Positions 29,767-39,538 of a DNA stretch of 64,000 nt are shown here, piece by piece. Position numbers and translations under genes: made by a program. The notes under the pieces were generated by a model, which did no database searches, was not told the DNA's origin, and worked only from the letters and a program-made list of their open reading frames with translations. The first letter of the stretch is position 1, and the number at the start of each line of letters is the position of its first letter. The DNA lies in the NCBI GenBank assembly GCA_964473825.1, contig CAYYQL010000001.1, positions 224,001-288,000 on the forward strand, given 5' to 3'. The stretch comes from an uncultured archaeon. Lineage in GTDB: Archaea > Asgardarchaeota > Thorarchaeia > Thorarchaeales > Thorarchaeaceae.

Positions 29767-30981
29767 ATGCATTTGGAAGAAACACCCATCTACTGGAAAA
29801 ATCCTGAGAAGAACACATTTCAAGTCAGAGTTCAGCAGTGTAGAAAAGAAGACGAACACTTCGAGGTACGTCTAGATCAGCCAGTGGTGCGCCCTGAAGG
29901 AGGTGGTCAGGCTGGAGACCGTGGTCATCTACACTCTGGCGAGAATGTCGTCGATGTCTTTGATGTTGTTGATAGACACGGAGAAACAGTTCTTATGTGC
30001 AGCCAGCTCATAGCGGAGGGGAGCGAAGCAGTTCTGGAAATCGATATGGGTTGGCGAAGAGGCCTCATGCAGAATCACTCTGCTGAGCATCTCTTCGTGA
30101 TGATGATGAAGAGTGTCAGACCGGAGACCCGACTCGGCTACATCTGGATTACTGGTGACAAGGGCGTAGTGGATATTCATGCCGACTTGATCAAATTCAA
30201 TGATCTCGTGAGAGGAGAGAAGAGAGTCAATGACGTAATCGACCAAGGTATACCTATGACATGGAAACTGGTTGCCCCAGATGAACTCCCAGACGAAGTC
30301 CGCGCACGGGACGGAATTGAGGCGAAACACGAACAGATTCGGGTCGTGTCTTTCGGAGACCTCGACAGCTCAGCCTGTTCGGGAACCCATGTTTCCAACA
30401 CGGCCGAGATAGGTTTCTTCAAAGTTGTAGATTTCAGACGACTTGAAGATGGTGTCAGAGTTGAGTTCGTCACAGGGTCTCATGCAAAGCAGGCTACGAC
30501 AGAGGTGTACAACATCACTCTGGACAAGAGGCATGAGTACACCTTCGAAATGGAACAGCTAGGAGCGATAATCGAGAAGAGCAGGATACTCGATAACCAA
30601 TTGAATCTATTGCTCGGCACATCACAAGAGCTACTGGCTCAAGCAATCGACTGGAAACGCTTGGGCAAAGTCAGCTTCGACGCGAAATACCTGCCAGGAT
30701 TCGAAATTGGAGAGTTAAGGAAACTCATCAAGCAGATTCCCTTCACAGGTGCAGGTGCAGCCCTCTTCTTTGTTCCGGACGAAAAGCCGAGTTTCATCTT
30801 CGTCACAAATGAGATTGACAAAGAGGCAAAGAATCTGATAGCAGATGTGGTGGAAGACCTCGGAGGTAGAGGCGGGGGAAGTCGTGATGTTTACACCGGT
30901 GGATTCTCTGAAGTCGGGCAACCATTGGAGTTGTATCAGAAGATGCTGGAAAGGATCAGATTTCGCCTGCAGACTCTCTGA
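29767..30981 (+). CDS. alaX: Free-standing alanyl-tRNA editing protein (AlaX-L-like, with C-terminal DHHA1-like domain)
   Basis: PEGGGQAGDRG, QNHSAEHL, ACSGTHV, GGRGGG; exact start uncertain. Confidence 0.85.
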   Translation: MHLEETPIYWKNPEKNTFQVRVQQCRKEDEHFEVRLDQPVVRPEGGGQAGDRGHLHSGENVVDVFDVVDRHGETVLMCSQLIAEGSEAVLEIDMGWRRGLMQNHSAEHLFVMMMKSVRPETRLGYIWITGDKGVVDIHADLIKFNDLVRGEKRVNDVIDQGIPMTWKLVAPDELPDEVRARDGIEAKHEQIRVVSFGDLDSSACSGTHVSNTAEIGFFKVVDFRRLEDGVRVEFVTGSHAKQATTEVYNITLDKRHEYTFEMEQLGAIIEKSRILDNQLNLLLGTSQELLAQAIDWKRLGKVSFDAKYLPGFEIGELRKLIKQIPFTGAGAALFFVPDEKPSFIFVTNEIDKEAKNLIADVVEDLGGRGGGSRDVYTGGFSEVGQPLELYQKMLERIRFRLQTL

Positions 30982-31434
30982 TCATTTAAGACCATATTTC
31001 GCTGCGATCTCTGTCCAGAATTTCTTTACAGCCCAAGGGACGGCCAAGAACTCTGCCCTGAAACTATCGAAATGAAAGCCCTGAACCATCATCTCTTGCG
31101 ATGTCCCAATGACCTCTCTTTCTTCGTGGTAGTCGAAGCATATTTCCGCATACTTGCGGTTCATGGCGAGCAAATCTAGAAACAATCGCTCTCGTACCTC
31201 ATCTGGCACTTCTTTCAGGGGGATAACGTCACTATACACTTGGACCCATTTATCGGTGGGTTGGATACAAACAGTATACCGGAACTGGGCATCATCACTC
31301 GTCGCGGAAGGGCTGGCCGGCTTCTCGTCTTTGCGTTCAGTGAATGTCAACTCGAATCGTCCCTTCTTCTCATTCCATGTGTGCTTCATTTCGAGAAGGT
31401 CTAGGTAATCAGCAATCTGTTCCTTAGTATCCAA
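30982..31434 (-). CDS. YbjN-like protein
   Basis: WVQVYSDV...LFLDLLAMNRKYAEICFDY pattern. Confidence 0.6.
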   Translation of the reverse strand: MDTKEQIADYLDLLEMKHTWNEKKGRFELTFTERKDEKPASPSATSDDAQFRYTVCIQPTDKWVQVYSDVIPLKEVPDEVRERLFLDLLAMNRKYAEICFDYHEEREVIGTSQEMMVQGFHFDSFRAEFLAVPWAVKKFWTEIAAKYGLK

Positions 31435-31504
31435 TCAACTCACCACTTCCTCAGACATTCACTCTCATTTTAAGTGTGATGCGACAACCCATCTCCAGCT
31501 TGTT

Positions 31505-33103
31505 TCATAAGAGGGGGACACTGCTCCAGTTCACCCAGTAGACCGACATGACTGGTCGAGCACAGATTACATTGTCTGTCAGATTCACAGTATAAAGACG
31601 GCGAGCCGCATTTCCAAGAGCAGGCCTCCAGATTCTATACCACACCTCAAACAGCACGAGATACTCACAGCCATGATCACGCAGATATTGTAGGGTTTGG
31701 GATAGAGTCAAGTTCATGTGGGTCATATCTGGAGTGACAAGACCCAAGAGATCGATAACCTGTCGCTCTGAGAAGAAACGAATTGCACCGACATCACTGA
31801 TAGCCAGTACTGCATCCGACGGTGTGTTCTCGTTGATCCAGGAACCGATTGTTACTTGCATTTCATTTATGTTCTTGACCGCGTTACCGAAGAACTGTGC
31901 TTGGTGGTTGTAAGCCCCGACAGTTGGAGCCACTAGAAGACCTATGATGACAAAGCTCACTGCAGCGTGACGAAAAGTAGCACTCGGTATTATTCGATTC
32001 ATCATCGCATAGGCAATCCCTGAAAGACCAATCACTGCGCAGAGCATCAAGAGAGCGAAAGTCGGAACGAGGTATCTAGCATTATTCACAAGTGCCTGAT
32101 AGGGTGTAACTAGCCTGTACAGCAGAATCAGGGACAGAGGCACTATCCAGACGTACGGCCTCATATTCTTGAGTGTAAATGCACCTGTTATGGCACCGAT
32201 GCCCAAGAAGCAATAAGCGCTGAGCCAGTACGTCCACCATGAGTTCCAAGCCTCAATCTCAAACTCTGTCGGAGTGCCTGTCTTGGCATAGAAGGTGTCT
32301 GGAAGTAGATGGCCGGTGACGCTAAGACAATGTAGAATCCAAGGAAGCATGATGAACAGCGCGATGGGAATCTTCATGGCAAACAGACCAAGTTGACGAG
32401 ATTTGTTTTCTGATCGTACAAGCCGTACCAGAAGACGGGTGAGAACACATAGTCCTAAGGGCACCAGACCCTCAGGTCGGGCCAGAAATGCAGCGCCCCA
32501 GAGAACTCCTAGCATTACATCATATGCTTCTCCGTCCTGTGCGGCTGTCCAGATTCCAGCAATGAGAATGAAGCCAAAAAGAGGATACTCCATTCCCGAG
32601 AGCATAAGCCAAGTGTTTCCCGGTACCAGCACGAATCCCACTATGGCAAGCGCAGAAACCATCAGGTTGTTTGTGTGTTCCAAGACCACAAGGCCTGCAA
32701 GGAATGATGTTGCAGTGTACAAAATCCACGCAATAAGATGGACACCCAGAACAAGAAGTGAAGTGTCACTTGTGAAAAAGAACAGCGGACTCAGAACGAT
32801 CGACCACAAAGGACTCGTGGATCCTGTCGAAGGAACTCCAGGAGAATACTCCCATGCTCGGCCCTCGAATATACTGCGCGCATATTCAAGATGTATCCAA
32901 GAATCGTCCAAGCTGAATCCGGGATCTGTCCAACCAAACATGACAGCCAGATAATGGATGACTGTTGTAGTTGTCACAACTACCGCAATGATCAGTATGA
33001 GTATTCTGTGTGATGTGGCTATTCTGTCTACATGGAAACGAGAATCAAGCCAAGAATCAATCTTGTCCATCCAATCATCATCTTTAGTCATAGGTTCCTT
33101 CAT
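31505..33103 (-). CDS. GT-C superfamily membrane glycosyltransferase
   Basis: LDDSWIHLEYAR, GSTSPLW, SGME, RPEG, LPDTFYAK, DVGAIRFFS, DLLGL; multiple TM segments. Confidence 0.85.
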   Translation of the reverse strand: MKEPMTKDDDWMDKIDSWLDSRFHVDRIATSHRILILIIAVVVTTTTVIHYLAVMFGWTDPGFSLDDSWIHLEYARSIFEGRAWEYSPGVPSTGSTSPLWSIVLSPLFFFTSDTSLLVLGVHLIAWILYTATSFLAGLVVLEHTNNLMVSALAIVGFVLVPGNTWLMLSGMEYPLFGFILIAGIWTAAQDGEAYDVMLGVLWGAAFLARPEGLVPLGLCVLTRLLVRLVRSENKSRQLGLFAMKIPIALFIMLPWILHCLSVTGHLLPDTFYAKTGTPTEFEIEAWNSWWTYWLSAYCFLGIGAITGAFTLKNMRPYVWIVPLSLILLYRLVTPYQALVNNARYLVPTFALLMLCAVIGLSGIAYAMMNRIIPSATFRHAAVSFVIIGLLVAPTVGAYNHQAQFFGNAVKNINEMQVTIGSWINENTPSDAVLAISDVGAIRFFSERQVIDLLGLVTPDMTHMNLTLSQTLQYLRDHGCEYLVLFEVWYRIWRPALGNAARRLYTVNLTDNVICARPVMSVYWVNWSSVPLL

Positions 33104-33316
33104 AGACTAGGCTCACCAATACCTCAATCCACTCTCATGCATTCAACATCAGCCATCGTATTTGATTAATATCAATCTAATCATGCACGAGAATAGTTTC
33201 GGTGGCCTCACTCCACTGCCATACTGTTTCACCAATCAGACAACCATCCAGAAGAAGCGACAAAGCACCCGGACTTCATACTGAAGCCTGTCCTAGTCTG
33301 CAGAAGGGGTCAGAAA

Positions 33317-34471
33317 ATGTACACGACACAGGCTCTTGGAAACCAAACAGTCCTTCAAGCGGCAGAGAAAACAACAGAGCTGACAGTCTTCACACCTCCC
33401 GGGATAGTCATCGAAACTGCGAGGTATCCCACAGTCTTTGCGGGCATTCTCGGATCTCTCAGCCCCTCCAAACACCTCTCAATATTCAATCATCCCGAGG
33501 CATGGCAAGGTCTAGATAGACAAACCCTTCTTAGCATGCGACGAAGCCTCTACAGATTTGTTCTTCCTCTCAATGCACGCAACGGGAAACCTGAAAGAGT
33601 GGCGCGGATTATTCAGAACATCGCTCTTGCGGTTAATCCTCTTGCCATAGGCGTGGAGGGTCCCACCCTGCCTCCTCGTCATCTCCAGCCCCAGGCTGGC
33701 CTTCTTCCTGCCAGCCCACGTATCCAGGTGAGGTCGATTGACCTTCTCACTGAGCCAGAGATCAGTACTGTGGCTGAAAGAATCGCACAGAGAGACATTC
33801 CTGCAGCCGAAGGTGTCTGGCAACTCATGGACTATGACTATTCTCTTGACCAGGTGGCACGGATCATGGCCGCAGGCTTACTGGGAAGACATGGCTCACG
33901 TCGATTTGTACCACTCCACGGAGCCTACAAGGCAGTAATCGACTCATTTGTGAGCAGAGCGATTTTCGAACTATCTGAAATGAAACACGTCAATGAAACC
34001 CAAGTCCACATTGCCACTCATCTGGACTCTCTCGTGGTTGTGGCAATACGGCCGGGACCTCCGAGAGTTGACTATCTTCAACTCGATGACTCGGACACCC
34101 TAAGAAGGGCCAAGCATAGCATAGAGAGCCCTCAATCTGCACCATCAGATGCAAAGACAGCCCTCTATGCTGACCATGCTCGTTTCATAGTCTACAAGAG
34201 AATGCTACAAGACCAACAGTCTTCTCACGTCACAGTATTCCATCACATCCTAAGTGGAAATGATGCCATCTTGGGACCTTGGACCGTACGCGCCGCAATA
34301 GAGAAATCGCTTGAGAACAAGCCTCTAGTCATCAATAACGAAAAGGATCTGCTTGTTGCCCTCGATTCCATTCTCTGCAATGACCTGGACCGATGGATTC
34401 GCGATGTCCCCGTACCGCACCGCATTACAGGGACGAATGATAGCGTATCGGCCTATCCACTACTAGCATAG
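33317..34471 (+). CDS. Divergent Nre (NreA, DUF650/651)-like protein
   Basis: TPPGIVI..RYPTV, IMAAGLLG..RRFVP...AVID and LGPWTVR match degenerate Nre blocks. Confidence 0.65.
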   Translation: MYTTQALGNQTVLQAAEKTTELTVFTPPGIVIETARYPTVFAGILGSLSPSKHLSIFNHPEAWQGLDRQTLLSMRRSLYRFVLPLNARNGKPERVARIIQNIALAVNPLAIGVEGPTLPPRHLQPQAGLLPASPRIQVRSIDLLTEPEISTVAERIAQRDIPAAEGVWQLMDYDYSLDQVARIMAAGLLGRHGSRRFVPLHGAYKAVIDSFVSRAIFELSEMKHVNETQVHIATHLDSLVVVAIRPGPPRVDYLQLDDSDTLRRAKHSIESPQSAPSDAKTALYADHARFIVYKRMLQDQQSSHVTVFHHILSGNDAILGPWTVRAAIEKSLENKPLVINNEKDLLVALDSILCNDLDRWIRDVPVPHRITGTNDSVSAYPLLA

Positions 34472-34512
34472 AAAAAATAAAGAAAGAGAGGTGAGACCTG
34501 TCGGTCTCGCCT
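34472..34512 (-). terminator. Hairpin plus U-tract terminator
   Basis: AGGTGAGACC-TGTC-GGTCTCGCCT at 34489-34512, then TCTTTCTTTATTTTTT on the minus strand. Confidence 0.65.
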
Positions 34513-35470
34513 AAATCAACTCTTTTGCCTCTTTTCGGGAGACTCCCTTGTAGAGCAATGCTAGACCAATGATGGAAAGCATACTGCCTGAAACAACACC
34601 GGCTCCCACTAAGATTCCAAGGTAGAATGCCAGTGCTAGTAGGCCAATGCCCGCGAGCAAGGAGATGAGTCCAAAGCCAATACCCATCGCTCTGAATGCC
34701 ATAGAGCGTGGATACTTGCTCTCGATGACGTAACCAGTGGCAGCAGCAACAGAAGCCTTGTATTTCTTGTTGCCGTATCTATAGGTCAGCTCCCAGACCG
34801 GGACATGTATCAAGAAAGTCTCACCGACGTCCAAGTTGTCGTTCCGAGTTTCGATCTTGTCAACTTCCTCAAGAACCAATCTAGTCTGCCGGTCGTAGGC
34901 AGCCTTCTTCGCAGCCTCTCGAGCCTCATCCTCACCGATCCTACTGTGCAACACCTTACCATCGAACTCATCCGCATGTGCGTTACTGAAGTATTCCTTT
35001 GCTCTCGTGGGGATTGGGAAGTTTCGGATGTCCTCGTCAATACTGGGGATACCCGGGATACTGATCTCATGCCGACGCGTGAACGATCCTGATTCTGGCT
35101 TATAGAAGAAATCTATCCGTTTGTAGGCCCCGCGTCTCTGAGGCCACTCATCATAGAAGTTGGCATCTTTGCCCATACCCTTGTAGGTAGTATGGGAGTC
35201 AATTCGGCTTATCCAGAAGGGATAGAAGACGAGTCTGTACTCCAGAAACCTAGCAGCAACAGAGAGGTCCCCTGGCGTGCCAAGTTGCTTTGAACACCAG
35301 TCAAGCAAGGTTCGTTGAGATTCACTTTGGTTGAAGTGAACACGGATCATGTAGTGGTCCTTGAACTTCGCCCCCTCAGTAGTCTGAGCAGTACCACAAT
35401 AGGGACAAACGAGAAGAACGTCTCCGCGTCCTGTTTCGAAGTCTGCATCACAAAAAGCACATCTAGCCAT
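34511..35470 (-). CDS. YdjG-like Zn-ribbon membrane protein
   Basis: CAFC..CPYCG, FYPFW, HVPVWELTYRYG..ATGYV, two C-terminal TM helices. Confidence 0.8.
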   Translation of the reverse strand: MARCAFCDADFETGRGDVLLVCPYCGTAQTTEGAKFKDHYMIRVHFNQSESQRTLLDWCSKQLGTPGDLSVAARFLEYRLVFYPFWISRIDSHTTYKGMGKDANFYDEWPQRRGAYKRIDFFYKPESGSFTRRHEISIPGIPSIDEDIRNFPIPTRAKEYFSNAHADEFDGKVLHSRIGEDEAREAAKKAAYDRQTRLVLEEVDKIETRNDNLDVGETFLIHVPVWELTYRYGNKKYKASVAAATGYVIESKYPRSMAFRAMGIGFGLISLLAGIGLLALAFYLGILVGAGVVSGSMLSIIGLALLYKGVSRKEAKELI

Positions 35471-35475
35471 TTACT

Positions 35476-36510
35476 TCACCCCTTCTTCTCCCGCTGCGTC
35501 ATAAGCAGCACTTTCATTCCGAAAAACGTCATGACGATTCCAATGACCAAAGCCAGAATACCTATCAGGCTCAGTTCGGTTATGTCAGCCGTAAAGCCCC
35601 AGTAAGCCATTTGGCCGCCAGCTCCACCCAGCACTATTCCAATCAGACCCACAACGGTCCAGAGTATTCTCTGGGCTCGGGTGATAGGAATCTCACCTCT
35701 AACTACTTTTCCGCTGTGACCATTTAGAGCACACTTGTAGAGCTGGCCCTCGAACTTGTATCGAACCAAGGCAAAAGGAGTCTGAAGGTACGTCGTCCCG
35801 CGCACGTTTGTGTTTGTGCGACAGTCAAAGAGTTCCTGCAGTCCTGACTTGGCCTGGCTCCGATGTCTGTCTGCCACACGACCGTGTACAGTCTTCTCAA
35901 ACTCCTCCTGTCCAATCTCTGCATTGAGAATCATGGGTTCGAGATCCTTAATCTTCTCAAAGTTGTAGGGCTCAGTATTCTTAACATCGACGGTTTCGAG
36001 ATAGTCCTCCAGACCATAGAATCTGGCACCCTTCCGTGCCACGAGACGTTCATCTGTATCAGTATGAATCTCATCCTTAACCGGGACGTAGCCAGTTTCG
36101 TACTCTGTCACAGTGCGAGTTCGAGTGTTTCCCTCGCTATCTGTATAAGTCTCTTGACGCTGAACCGGTACCTGGACCGTTTTGTAGCCTTTGTACCAAG
36201 TGTCAGCCTTTATTTTTGCCGTCCAGACAGGCACATAGATGAGGGTATTCTCCACAACCTCGGCCGAGTCAAGCAATGCCTTGTTGATTCCCTTGTTCTT
36301 ATCCAAGAAATCTCGAAAAGCCTTGAGCCGATCATCGCTATCTTTCGCGGCCTCCATCAAGTGTTCGCCGATAGCCATGCCTTCGATTGTGGTGGTGCTT
36401 CCGCAGAATGAGCACGTAATAACAACATCATCTGGGCCTAGCCGGACATTGCCGTTGCAGACTGGGCATTTCATTGTGTCTGCTGCGGCTGTTTCCGATG
36501 CCATATCCAA
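35476..36510 (-). CDS. YdjG-like Zn-ribbon membrane protein (paralog)
   Basis: CPVC..CSFCG, YVPVW, YKFEGQLYKCALNGHSGKVVRGEIP, two C-terminal TM helices. Confidence 0.82.
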   Translation of the reverse strand: MDMASETAAADTMKCPVCNGNVRLGPDDVVITCSFCGSTTTIEGMAIGEHLMEAAKDSDDRLKAFRDFLDKNKGINKALLDSAEVVENTLIYVPVWTAKIKADTWYKGYKTVQVPVQRQETYTDSEGNTRTRTVTEYETGYVPVKDEIHTDTDERLVARKGARFYGLEDYLETVDVKNTEPYNFEKIKDLEPMILNAEIGQEEFEKTVHGRVADRHRSQAKSGLQELFDCRTNTNVRGTTYLQTPFALVRYKFEGQLYKCALNGHSGKVVRGEIPITRAQRILWTVVGLIGIVLGGAGGQMAYWGFTADITELSLIGILALVIGIVMTFFGMKVLLMTQREKKG

Positions 36511-36669
36511 TTGTCTCCTGAATTAGTTACTGAGAGTCGAAGAGTCGTCGATTTCTATTTAGAGTTGTGGTGTTATATCCCCCTAGATAGGGGATATCCA
36601 AGAATCTCGCATCTGCCCTCTGCCACCGGAAGGCAAAGATTCCTCTGAACCCCAACACAAGTGCCTAAT

Positions 36670-37818
36670 CTATTGCCGCATCTCGTCACGAAGCCGGGCG
36701 GCAGAGAACTCATCCACACGTTCTTTGACTTCCTCTCTCGCAATCTGGTGCTTCTCAAGAAAATCCATGACCATTGGTGCAAGTATCTGTTTGCATTCAC
36801 CACAGAGAAGGTCACCGCCTGTGCATCTCTTCTCGATGTCAGCCAGGTCACGGTCATCTGGCATGAAGAGAAACTTGTAATACTTGAAGACCGGGCAGAT
36901 GTAGGGATTGGCTCCCAGTCTTCGTTGCTCCTCTGCCGTGGCCCTTCCGCCTGTGAAGGCATTCATCACCTTTTTCTTCGCCATCTTGGGAGAATCAGTT
37001 GTGAAGATGGCCGACATCGGATCCGACGCAGACATCTTGCCCCCCTCGCCCAGACCCGGAACAAACTTGTTTTGAATAGACGCGGGCTTGTAGTAACCCA
37101 AACCCTCTGCAACGTCGCGAGTGACGCGCCAATAGGGGTCTTGGTCTATGGCACATGGAATGAGACACGGGGTCTTCACTCCAACCATCTCACTATGTAG
37201 GAAGGCAGGGACAGCCTGCATAGCAGGGTACCAGATCCCACCTATGTTCATGCTATTGTCGAACCCATAGACAGCCCTTGCAGTAGAGAATGTTACTTTC
37301 TTAGCCACCCGTACGGCTATCTCATACAACAGGTCAATATGCTTGATGTCGTCAATGATATAGGTATCCTCAGGTTCAAACCCAAGAGCCAGAAGGTCCA
37401 GTGTGTTCTCGTACGTGTACTTGTACACATCCTCCAGCTCAAGCTCAGGATTGAAAAGAAACTTCTCATCATCAGTCATCTGGAAATAAAGGCGGGTGTC
37501 AAATCGCTCCTGAAGCCATTTCGTGAATCGCCATGGAATGAGGTGGCCAATATGTGTGTGACCACTTGGACCTCTTCCAGTGTATAGGATGAATTTGTTG
37601 CCTTTCTGATACTCATTCAACAGCCAGTTCAGGTCCCGATGAGAATAGACCAGATCCCGCTCCACAAGGATGTGCCGCTCGCCTGCAACCCTGTAGAGTT
37701 TCTCCTTCAACTCATCAGTTATCCGCTCGGTCCCGAACTTCTCAATGAGTCTATCGTAGTCAACCTTGCCGCGTACTTCCCATGGTGTGACTATCATTTC
37801 ATCGTCATCATTTGACAC
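36670..37818 (-). CDS. trpS: Tryptophanyl-tRNA synthetase
   Basis: VTPWEV, YTGRGPS, HIGH, AIDQDPYWR, KMSAS; GTG start at 37818 after GAGGTT. Confidence 0.96.
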   Translation of the reverse strand: MSNDDDEMIVTPWEVRGKVDYDRLIEKFGTERITDELKEKLYRVAGERHILVERDLVYSHRDLNWLLNEYQKGNKFILYTGRGPSGHTHIGHLIPWRFTKWLQERFDTRLYFQMTDDEKFLFNPELELEDVYKYTYENTLDLLALGFEPEDTYIIDDIKHIDLLYEIAVRVAKKVTFSTARAVYGFDNSMNIGGIWYPAMQAVPAFLHSEMVGVKTPCLIPCAIDQDPYWRVTRDVAEGLGYYKPASIQNKFVPGLGEGGKMSASDPMSAIFTTDSPKMAKKKVMNAFTGGRATAEEQRRLGANPYICPVFKYYKFLFMPDDRDLADIEKRCTGGDLLCGECKQILAPMVMDFLEKHQIAREEVKERVDEFSAARLRDEMRQ

Positions 37819-38050
37819 ACGACTAACCTCATCTCTGGTGCTTTGGTTCATGGTGAACCAGTCAATTCCGATGGTCGAAGAAGCATGAAATTAAGGTTGC
37901 TGGTCAGGAGGAGACCCTTTTTCCAGTCCTCTGACCTTCACAGATTCTAAGAAGTCATGGGATGCTTATCGAGAATAGGGGTCAACGGTTATCATGACAG
38001 AACCGCAACAACTACACTTGAGAAAGAAGTACGAGTGGTGATGCTGATAG

Positions 38051-38710
38051 TCACCTGTATGAGGCTTTGCGCTGCATCTCTGGAATGCGAATGTTTGTCT
38101 TCCCCATAAACACATCTCGGAGTAGCTCGAAATGCTCATCCAGATCCTTCAACAACTTCTCGAGAGCCTGTGGTTCGATGTTCGGCTCCGCAGTCCAGAT
38201 GGTTAGATAGTTGCTGACAACCCCAACCTCTATTCCGCCCTCCTCAAGGTCCCTGAATATCGTAATCTTCACAAGGAATTCGGACTCGAACATGTTAAGG
38301 ATATCATGAATGCTCATCACGATGAGATCTAGAAAGCCAACGAGGTCGTCGATCTCGGGCGATTCGTTCGCGTTTCCACGGAGCGACTCCGTGAATGTCT
38401 GAATTGTGGATGTCTTCTGTCTGAGGCCCTCGAACATCTTCATGAGTTTGGTCAACTGCTTGATCGATGACTCAAGAGCTGGAACAAGCTTATCGTACAG
38501 ATTGACCAGAAGTTTTCCTCGTGCGTTCTCACGGATATTGTTGAATCCTGATAGTTTGCCCAAGGGGCCGTCCAGATGCTCAATCTGAACGAGTGTGTTT
38601 GTGACAGCTTGAATGCCCTTGACCGAGCTTCGCTGAATCTTAGTCCAGCGTTCAACGAAGGTGTCTATGCCCTCGCGGAGTTCATCCAGAACCTCAAGCT
38701 CTTGGGACAT
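38051..38710 (-). CDS. Helical protein resembling eukaryotic CINP / C1orf109 (AIRIM)
   Basis: C-terminal HDILNMFESEFLVKITIFRDL...YLTIWTAEPNIE and N-terminal GKLSGFNNIRENARGKL resemble remembered CINP and C1orf109 blocks. Confidence 0.65.
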   Translation of the reverse strand: MSQELEVLDELREGIDTFVERWTKIQRSSVKGIQAVTNTLVQIEHLDGPLGKLSGFNNIRENARGKLLVNLYDKLVPALESSIKQLTKLMKMFEGLRQKTSTIQTFTESLRGNANESPEIDDLVGFLDLIVMSIHDILNMFESEFLVKITIFRDLEEGGIEVGVVSNYLTIWTAEPNIEPQALEKLLKDLDEHFELLRDVFMGKTNIRIPEMQRKASYR

Positions 38711-38859
38711 TTCGTTTTCTCCGGTGGTTAAGCTCTCGAATGCATTTATAATTCATTCTGCGGGGGCATTTCTCAAGAACCGAGCCCTCTTTGTACAGAC
38801 TATCCTTTTCTGTCATTTTCTAGCATTGTGGTGATAATTTTCGGCCACATAGGCCCTAA

Positions 38860-39417
38860 TCAGAGACTTGACTCGCTGGAAGATGATCTATAGCCCTGTA
38901 GAAGGTCTGAACGAGTAATTAAACCAGACAGCCTACCACCAGTCACCACCAAGACCGCTTGGAATGTGTCAAAGAGCTGGAGAATCCAGGATATGGGTGT
39001 GGCCTCATCAACCTGTGGAGGAGCCATCGTTTCCATCACCGCTTGAACCGAGAGCTGGTTCAGATCGTGATTGAGATTCCTGATGATATCTCGCTCGGTG
39101 ACCATCCCCACCAGACTACGCCCCCGAACCACAGGAAGCTGAGAGAACCCCTTCTGCAGCATTATCCTGACAACATCAGAGGCGCTATCACGAGCATCTA
39201 CAGTGACTGGATTCTGAGTCATCACCTCCGAACACCTGACGGAGTAACCAGCCAATGCCTCATAGATTCTCATCACGATAGAGAGCTTGGGATCAAGGTC
39301 GCCAGTTTCCACTCGGGCTATGTATGATTGTGACACACCAACCACTTCGGCCAGTTCTTTCTGTGTCATTCTTGCGCGTTTGCGAAGGCTTGCGATACTC
39401 TCCGTGCTAAAGACCAT
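38860..39417 (-). CDS. XRE-HTH plus tandem CBS domain transcriptional regulator
   Basis: LRKRARMTQKELAEVVGVSQSYIARVETG; CBS motifs GFSQLPVV, GMVTERD, GLITRSD. Confidence 0.93.
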   Translation of the reverse strand: MVFSTESIASLRKRARMTQKELAEVVGVSQSYIARVETGDLDPKLSIVMRIYEALAGYSVRCSEVMTQNPVTVDARDSASDVVRIMLQKGFSQLPVVRGRSLVGMVTERDIIRNLNHDLNQLSVQAVMETMAPPQVDEATPISWILQLFDTFQAVLVVTGGRLSGLITRSDLLQGYRSSSSESSL

Positions 39418-39429
39418 ATTGCATCAATC

Positions 39430-39477
39430 AATTACTATTGGTAATTTGAAAGCTCAAATCAATTATCCGCAGTAATT
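39430..39477. promoter_or_regulatory. Tandem palindromic operator candidates AATTAY-N5-GTAATT
   Basis: AATTAC-TATTG-GTAATT (39430-39446) and AATTAT-CCGCA-GTAATT (39461-39477), 31 bp apart, in the divergent HTH-CBS / mat promoter. Confidence 0.6.
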
Positions 39478-39538
39478 CTCTCAATAGACTTATATGTTCC
39501 GATTTGGGGCCGCCCAAGTTAACAACGAGTTGATTATC

